NCBI GenBank assembly: GCA_003614675.1
Contig: ML002425.1
Coordinates: 1-32,348, forward strand
Length of the DNA stretch: 32,348 nt
DNA from: Dimargaris cristalligena
Taxonomy: Eukaryota
Direction: 5' to 3'
The position numbers and the translations under genes are program-made. Positions 25,347 to 32,348 of this stretch are shown piece by piece (within the stretch, counting starts at the first letter, position 1; each line of letters starts with the position of its first letter). Below the pieces are notes generated by a model. That model was not told the origin of the DNA and did no database searches. It saw only the letters and a program-made list of their open reading frames with translations.

Positions 25347-28300
25347 TCACGCTTTGTTATCTGTTCCTTTAGCATGATATGCATGGCGTAAATAGAATTC
25401 TGCTGTACGGTTATCCGGGCTGTGGGAAAACCCTCTTGGCCTCCGCCGTGGCCAAAGAATGTGGCCTCAACTTTATCTACGTGAAGGGCCCCGAAATCCT
25501 CAACAAATACATTGGTGCTAGCGAGCAGTCGGTCCGGGATCTTTTCAAACGGGCGACCGCGGCCAAACCCTGCGTGCTCTTCTTCGACGAGCTGGATTCG
25601 GTCGCCCCACGGCGTGGCCATGATAACACCGGTGTCACTGACCGAGTGGTCAACCAGTTTCTGACCGAAATGGACGGTGCCGAAGGCCTCTCAGGAGTTT
25701 ACGTGCTGGCTGCTACGAGGTATGTCCCGGCATTTATTTGTGCTTATGGCATCTGTATATTCTCATTGCTTAAGTGCCAGTCACCCATGTTTTCGTGGAA
25801 TTGAAAGCCCGTGTGCTGAACCATAGGCCCCCCTGGCATTTGACGTACACATGCTGTGGCTTCCGACCGGCTAGGGTGGTTGTTAGTGGTACCATATGCC
25901 TAGCTAACTTCGGCTGACCAACCAACTGGACACTAATTTAATATTGCATATCTTGATTCGTCCCATGATCACCCCATGCCTTCCTTCCTTTAACCGACCC
26001 AGCCGTCCTGACCTTATTGACCCGGCCCTTCTACGACCTGGTCGTCTAGATAAGGCGCTCTTCTGTAACCTACCCGACCGAAGCGAGCGGTTAGACGTAA
26101 GTGAGAGGCATCATGTGATTGGACCTGATTTGTGTAAAAACAAAGCTCTCACCTGATGTAAACGAAGTATAATAATGGTCCGTGGACCTACCGTTGCATT
26201 TTGATATAATAAGCGTGTTTAACCTCTCTCTGTGGTTTTTATCTTTTCTGTACTTTTACACCGACCTTTCTTTTGGCCGCGATTAAATGTGTGGGGTGTG
26301 GGGAACATGTGATTTTTGTAATAGATATTAACCAAGGTGGCCCGTACGATGCGCATGGATGCCGACGTTGATCTAGACCATTTGGCTGATCGTACCGACG
26401 GCCTAACCGGGGCCGACCTCCAAGCCGTTTTGTACAACGGCTATCTAGAGGCGGTCCACGGGGCTTCGGGTGTCGGGGCCGGTGGCAACTCTGGCGAAGA
26501 GCAGCCAGATGTTTCTGAGAAGGTGAATGGAAAAATGCCCGAGACCAGCGCGGATTTTTCTCCACCATCGTCTCCGGAACCTTTCACTGCTGCTGCTACC
26601 GCGACGTCTCTAGACTTGGGCCAACAGTTCGAGGCGATCCAAAATGGCCAGCTACAGTCCATGAATCGCCAAGAAAGGCAGACTATTGCTAATAAGGTAA
26701 GTGGATCGTTCCCCTTTCACACACACACATACATATATACATTTTTCTAAACTCGCGGGGTTCCCGAAATAACTTACGGTGCCCAAGTCGGTCGACCGCC
26801 TTGCTGATCCGCCACAATAGATAGTGTAACCGGTTGGGGGGCAGGGAGTAGAAACTATTAGCTCTAGGGAAATACATTTAGCCGGCCATCTCGCCACGCG
26901 TGCCTGGCCAGGGTGGGGGGTATGTGAACTTACGCTTTAATACTATTTATGTAAACGTGCCGTTTTTTCATTTGACTTCAGATTGAACGACTAGTAAAAA
27001 GTATGGAATCGAACGCCATCGACTCCCCAACGGGTCGGAACGGATCAGGCCACGTCGGCGCACCATCATTGGGTAGTCCGATTCCTGTAAGTTACAACAA
27101 CATCAATCGCCTTTCGAGGGATTGTATGGCCTGGGACTATTGTCTATTTTGCTACTGATCCTAGCTAGGATCGTCAAGTAGGTGACGTATGCACCCAACC
27201 AATGAGATAGCCAACGAGAGGGATATTGGATAGCTGCATTCTACCAATGGGAACTCTTATTAACGACTTGCCAAATTTGCTTCTGCCTTTTTGTGGGTTC
27301 AACCTATTTACGTACCTGGTGGGGTTTAAACTGTATGCTTGTGGATATGTTGGTGTTACTCTGATGGAAATCAGTCCATTTCGAACGCACACCTCCGAAA
27401 ATCGCTCACCCAAGCCAAATCGTCGCTCAACCCCGACGAAGCCATTCGTCTACAGACTATGTAAGTATCATCATATCAAGTAACGATTTAAATTGGATGG
27501 AGAGGAACTAGTTGTATTTTTTCTCGTTCTGCATGATTCATTTATTGTTCCTTAATGGGGTTGGGTACATTAAAGTGGAAGTGTAATAGAATAGATTAGC
27601 TAGCCTATCTATTGGGATCACGTGGGTGGGTGGTTGTGAGAGGAGGGGCCTGGGCTTAAGAGGTACCTGTGACTGAGGAAGAGAGAGGGGCCTATGACGT
27701 ATGGGCGGGGTAGAGTCAGTCAGTGAGTGATCAGAACCGTTTTTTAGGGGCGGATACTGGTTATAGTAGGTGGTTTATCCTGCTGCTCACTCGATATTAC
27801 GCTTATGGTAATGGCGGGAGTTGTTTCAACTGGCCCTTCCCTTTTTCCCATCTCCTTCACACCGCCACCTCCTCCCTCCTTTCTCCCACGACAGGCCTTA
27901 TTATAGGATGGGCGAGTGGGCGGGCTTCTCCCATTTTATCCAACTACATTTAGGGAGGGAGATTATTGGCTAGAACTAGGCAATGGAGAGGAGAGAGAGA
28001 GTGAGAGAGAGAGAGGAGGGCTTCCAATGTGCCATCCCCACCTTCTTCTCCTAGGGCCTAGCCAATGGCTGGCATAATGAGGATTCCCCCTTCCTCTCTA
28101 CCCTTCTTCTCACACACACCCGGGACTTTCTCTCTCTCTCTCTCTCCCCTCCCCATTTCGGCCATGGTTTGTGAGAGAGTGAGAGGTATAAGCGATGCAC
28201 TCGCCGATTAGCCCACATAATCACCCCAGACTTCGGACCACTTAACTTACATAACCCCATTCAACCACGCCTACGCAACGGATTCCGCCACTTGCGTTTT

Positions 28301-28681
28301 ATCCGAAAGTACGGGGTATCTGTGGATGGATAAGTTGGGCGTGACTGTATTTAGAAGGGTTATTGGCTCTATACCATCTGATATAGCCAAGGGGGAGGAG
28401 GGTTTCTATTGCTCTGTGTCTGTGCTCAATGACTAGAGGCGAATAATATACACCCTTGGGATGAGGGGTGGGAGGGGCTGGTTGGCTATGTTGCTGCTAT
28501 ATTCCGATATCGGGCCTTGGCTAATCTATTTTAACTTGCCCTGTGTTCTCTCTCTCCTTTGCTTGCTATTCCTCCAAACGAAACTGCATCATCATCATCA
28601 TATAGTTACGATCAATTCCTCGACGGTAAAAAAGGCAAGGGAATGCCTCCGAATGTGGGCCAGCGTGCCAGTTTAGCTTAA
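22161..28681 (+). CDS. PEX1: Peroxisomal AAA+ ATPase Pex1, 1223 aa; exons 22161-22262, 22482-22923, 23075-25145, 25396-25719, 26003-26096, 26325-26696, 26982-27086, 27375-27460, 28606-28681
   Basis: N-terminal CFVNLP and [27 protein letters not shown]1 [15 protein letters not shown]2 [54 protein letters not shown] and [18 protein letters not shown]-terminus VGQRASLA*. All 8 GT-AG introns are phase-compatible and the exons sum to 3672 nt. Confidence 0.95.
25314..25346 (+). repeat. (TTA)n microsatellite in PEX1 intron 3
   Basis: About 10 tandem TTA units. Confidence 0.9.
27986..28146. repeat. Complementary (GA)n (27986-28015) and (CT)n (28129-28146) tracts in PEX1 intron 8
   Basis: Directly visible dinucleotide runs. 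Confidence 0.85.
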
Positions 28682-29039
28682 AAAGGAAAGAGATGCCAAT
28701 CACCCCCTTTCCTTATACTGGTGGTGGGGGCTCCCCCACCTATCTACCCTTTAGCTCCCTGGACCCCTTTTACTTTATTATATTATATTTTATCCGACGT
28801 GACTCAACTTCGATTCTGCTGATCCCCAGCGCCTTGACAGCCAATTGGGCAATCAACATGGGACTGACTGAACCACAAAGACACCACTAGTATCAATTTC
28901 AGATGTACTTTTGATTTTGCATATAAAATGAATAATGATGAATCATTTCAGTTAGGATTAAGGGACAGACAATGCGATCGTATTCCTCAGAAGGGGAAGA
29001 AGAAGCCCTAGATTTATCTAAAAGGTCAGCTGGTTATAT

Positions 29040-29183
29040 ATGTGGGAGTAGTTCAACAAGGCTGTATAACGAAAAATCCATTTGATGAGGCAACTACTAC
29101 TGGTTGAAAATAAACATCCTACCGATTTTCCCATACACATATCGGTTAAAACCTTATATAACCAAGCTGAACTTCATCCATAT
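29040..29183 (+). pseudogene. Second decayed fragment of the family at 6089-6232
   Basis: Reads MWE*FNKAV*RKIHLMRQLLLVENKHPTDFPIHISVKTLYNQAELHPY and is ~77% identical in nucleotides to the reverse complement of 6089-6232. Confidence 0.65.
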
Positions 29184-30625
29184 GCATCCTTACCCCGCCA
29201 AGGCCCAGTAATAGTGGGGGTTAGGGCATGACTTGGTTTTTATGGTACGACGCTCTTGTAGCCAAGAAAGACCAGCGGTGTAGGATAGATATATTCTAGT
29301 CCCCCCTAGTCTCTTTAGGAGTCTCTCGCATTCCCCGATTTCCGCAACATTCCCACCCCCTTCACCCCTTCCCTTTTCTCTTCGTTCCTTCCATGGACGA
29401 GAAGGGCACGAGCGAATGGTTGATGGTTTGACGAGCCTTTTCGGCGGCTGGCTATTGGTCATCCACCCCACCACCTCAGAGAGCGAGGGGGGTGGGCAAC
29501 GAATCAGCACCAGCCCCGGTGGCTCGTTTTTACACAGGCAGATGCCACAAAAGGAAGTCCCAGATATAAACGGAAGGTCATATGGGCTACAGGATGATGT
29601 GGGAGCGCGGAAATCATTTTTGATTTAAGCATGTAGTTGAGGTGGGTGCATGTTAGTATAATATAAATATATATATATATATAATTGTATATACTCCGTA
29701 TAAAAAAGAAATTTATAGCTCACTTCCGGGGCCGCGTTCGTTCTATTGGACCGGGCACCGGAAGTTCCTCCATCCCTCCGGCCTGATACACCCACGCTCT
29801 ATGCCGGCTCGGATAGCACACCATCGGGCAGAGGACTGCCAATCCCCCCACCCGTTGCATTCGGCGTGATTATTCCTTCACAAAACAATAGCATCAGGAG
29901 AGGGCCATGGGGACCGCCGATTGGGGGGGTTTCATGGCCCTAATTCCCTTACTCACATTAGGACCCCTCACTTAGTTGCATAGCCACTGCATATCTACCC
30001 CCCTCCCTCCACCGTATATAGGTAAGTATGTGGTGGCGACATTGGTCTGTTTGGAAAGGAATGCCTGCTGCCAGATATGCATTTTTAAACGACGATGACG
30101 ACGACAATGATGATGGTGCTGGCTGGTATGTGGGAAACATAGGGAGAGGGATACATCCCCTAGTGTGATGGGCGTAAAAGATCACCGGTATTATGTTATA
30201 GAGGGACCTTATTATATGGACGGAACGGGGGAGGGGGTGGGTAGGGGGTATATACTTTTGCGGAACAAACGGCAGTCTTGTTGGGAGAATGTCCCTCCTC
30301 TCTATTAAGGGAAATAATACGGGGCGGAAGAGAAAGGCAAGGAAACCTCTAAATGACCCACGCTATGGCATGCCATGGAAGCGAACCAGAGAAAGCAGCG
30401 ACGGTGGTTTATAATGTAGGGTAGTAGCGGTAGAGTGGCTTTTGGTTCGCATCAGCCCAGTTGGTCGGGGATTGGTGAATTCGGCGGGGCAGTCTATACT
30501 ATACTATCACCTGATACCGCCAGTCAGCGACAACCATGCTGCAGTCGGTGGGGGGAGGGCGACGCGTACGAGTTATACGTCCGTTTGGTTTGCTTGGCGT
30601 TGTTTCGTTTGTTAGGGTTAGAGGG

Positions 30626-30665
30626 TACTACTACTACTACTACTACTATTATTATTATTATTATT
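30626..30665 (+). repeat. Compound (TAC)n(TAT)n microsatellite
   Basis: About 7 TAC units followed by about 6 TAT units. Confidence 0.9.
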
Positions 30666-30902
30666 GCCCTTTCGGGTCGTGTACGTCGGCTAATGGTATT
30701 TCCGATACTATTGGGACTGGCCGTGAACACTCGATTTCTTGGCGGGACTATATACATGGTCATTTCTCCCTTAAAATCGGGGATTCCAGGTGGCTTCGTA
30801 ATGGTGTACGACGGGGTATACGATGTAGCGTAAAGCAAGGGCTTACGACTCGCCCCCGTTTGGGAGGGCTGTGTGGGGCGGTGAGGTGCCATCTCGCGCG
30901 GA

Positions 30903-30923
30903 TGTGTGTGTGTGTGTGTGTGT
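30903..30923 (+). repeat. (TG)n microsatellite
   Basis: About 10 TG units. Confidence 0.9.
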
Positions 30924-31429
30924 ATGGGGGGAGGCATCTTGGTCGATTTTTTTTTTAAAAAAATGTGATTGGGAAACGCCATACACTATTTCGCCCATAG
31001 TATGGCGTACTCGTGTGGCTTGGCTTGCTACAAAATTGGCGAATTTAAGGGATATTAATATTTCCGATAGCGATACTAATACTGACAGTACTAACAATTG
31101 TCATCATCGTCGGTATCCTTATTATAGTAATAAGTAATGCCTCTGATATCATATACATTGCCCAGCCGGGATTTATAATACCCATCGGTGGCCGCTATCC
31201 AACACAAAACCATCACCCCTTTGCCCTAGTAAATCCCCAAAAATGTGACGCATAGCATATTAGTCGGACTGGCCTAGTTTTTCTTTACCCATGATCTAAT
31301 GGCTCATTAGTGCATTTAACGTACCCCAGCCACTGGTGGACTGCTAATTTATAGTACCCTCTTTTGATTTCAATTGTCAATATATTGTCAATAATATATA
31401 AAAGGATCTCTGGTGTCGTCCTAGTTTGA

Positions 31430-31796
31430 CTTTTGACCTCTCTGTTTTGGGCCTCTTTTCTCTAGTTCTATTTAACTTCATGGCCTTTATATCCTCAACT
31501 CATTACTGTTGAGGATTAAGTTTTATTCTGCCAACTGTGTTTATGTGTTAATCTGCTGGAGGAATACGATAAAGGCTCTAGTTACTTGAATAATCTCCGG
31601 TGTCCGACGCTATCTAATTAGTATATATCCTTCTTGTTTAACCTGCATTGTTCGCTTGCCTCTTGGACTGCTGGGTTTAGTCATAAACCGGCCCTGCCCT
31701 TGGGTGTCTTGTTGATTGTGCGCCCAGCGGGTGTTCCTTGCTTCTGTTTAGCTTAGCTCGACTGGGCTATTTAACCCCCCAGAGTACCACACACCC
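31430..31796 (+). ncRNA. Possible structured non-coding RNA or structured UTR (family unassigned)
   Basis: TATATAAAA at ~31395-31403; stems 31483-90/31569-76, 31491-99/31508-16, 31674-79/31684-89 and 31701-07/31720-26 (the last needs G-U pairs on the + strand). No ORF. Confidence 0.3.
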
Positions 31797-32259
31797 CAGC
31801 GCATTTCTATAAATATATTTATATATCTCACTCTTACGCCCAGCTCAGCTTGAGTGTATTATGACAGTGGCACTTTCCGTTGGTGTTGGTCCCGTGCCCT
31901 TTGAATTGAGCCCAATCACAGTGCTTGCAGTTCGCCTGCCCCATCCTCCCAGCCAATGTGTCGACAGTAATGTAAGTAAGAAGTAGCTGCCGCCTGCTAA
32001 TATTGTACGTGTCGCCCCTCTCCCCCTCCTTCAATAAATCTCGAAATCACCCCCAATTAATAAATATAAGAATATTTAGGGGTGAGAGGTACAATAAAAT
32101 AACACACAAATATATATATATATATATAGAGGGTGCGCCGCCCAAGCCCGCCCTCTATTTTCGCCTTGTTTTTTTCGAGTCCCTTAGTTGGTCCCAAAAT
32201 TTCCCCCATTCCGTTACCGGTTTAGCGTTCTTCCTTGTTACTATCAAACGTCACTTGAC

Positions 32260-32348
32260 TATAAAAAGTATATATATATATCTATTTGCTCATTCCATTC
32301 CATTCCATTCCCCTCTACTCTATTTTACTCTATTCTATCTCACTCCTC
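32260..32348 (+). promoter_or_regulatory. Probable TATA box and pyrimidine-rich leader of a gene starting beyond the window
   Basis: TATAAAAAG plus (TA)n, followed by a (CATTC)n/CT-rich tract typical of fungal 5' leaders. Confidence 0.4.

Larger units (their letters stand above)
29702..31145 (-). ncRNA. Candidate telomerase RNA (~1.45 kb) with template CUAACCCUAAC
   Basis: Minus-strand TATAAAT (31177-31171); template at 30621-30611; long-range helix 31112-31097 with 30108-30090; several 8-9 bp stems; terminal hairpin 29765-29722; U-tract AUUUCUUUUUU, then AUACGG/GUAUAU, then UACUAAC (29658-29652). No ORF. The pseudoknot was not resolved and both ends are estimates. Confidence 0.55.

Noticed and set aside
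13484-26897. Many short ORFs antisense or out of frame within RTT10, YTM1, the hydrolase and PEX1
   Set aside because: Expected shadows of GC-rich coding sequence.
27157-27172. Perfect 16-bp palindrome GATCCTAGCTAGGATC in PEX1 intron 7
   Set aside because: Isolated, loopless, with no second copy or element boundaries. No function can be supported.
29218-29226. GGGTTAGGG, a second telomere-like motif
   Set aside because: Only 9 nt inside a G-run, and downstream of the proposed TER 3' end. Likely chance.
29772-29786. TCAGGCCGGAGGGA resembling SRP RNA helix 8
   Set aside because: Lacks the GNRA loop and AGCAG partner of the SRP54-binding motif.
30020-30029. Minus-strand ATACTTACCT identical to the U1 snRNA 5' end
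   Set aside because: Not followed by GG, U1 stem-loop I (70K loop) or an Sm site at the expected distance. Better read as a plus-strand donor site.
30522-30530. Minus-strand UCGCUGACU matching part of the human TR pseudoknot P3 strand
   Set aside because: No preceding U-rich loop and no downstream AAA..GUCAGC partner found, so it was not counted as the pseudoknot.
30435-31137. Overlapping 84-152 aa ORFs on both strands
   Set aside because: Low-complexity translations of microsatellites (poly-Y/T/I/V, HT and CV repeats) with no domain features.

Overview
Eukaryotic DNA with spliceosomal introns, most likely fungal and possibly from an early-diverging lineage (taxonomy is inferred from gene style only). 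Positions 1-~6.4 kb are an AT-rich, almost CpG-free block of decayed repeats, including three copies of a ~600-bp LTR-like element and fragments of two other families. A compact gene-dense block follows: an HMT1/ABCB6-like half ABC transporter (+, 3 exons), a 100-aa secreted protein with a cationic tail (-), WDR6/RTT10 (-), YTM1/WDR12 (+), an alpha/beta hydrolase (-) and PEX1 (+, 9 exons, last intron 1145 nt). The last ~3.6 kb have no credible ORF. The most interesting signal is a candidate ~1.45-kb telomerase RNA on the minus strand (~31145 to ~29702). It has a TATA box, a CUAACCCUAAC template, long-range helices, and a 3' U-tract followed by a 5'-splice-site-like motif and a perfect UACUAAC. 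An alternative reading as a plus-strand non-coding intron cannot be excluded. All analyses were done by eye; no database search or folding program was run.
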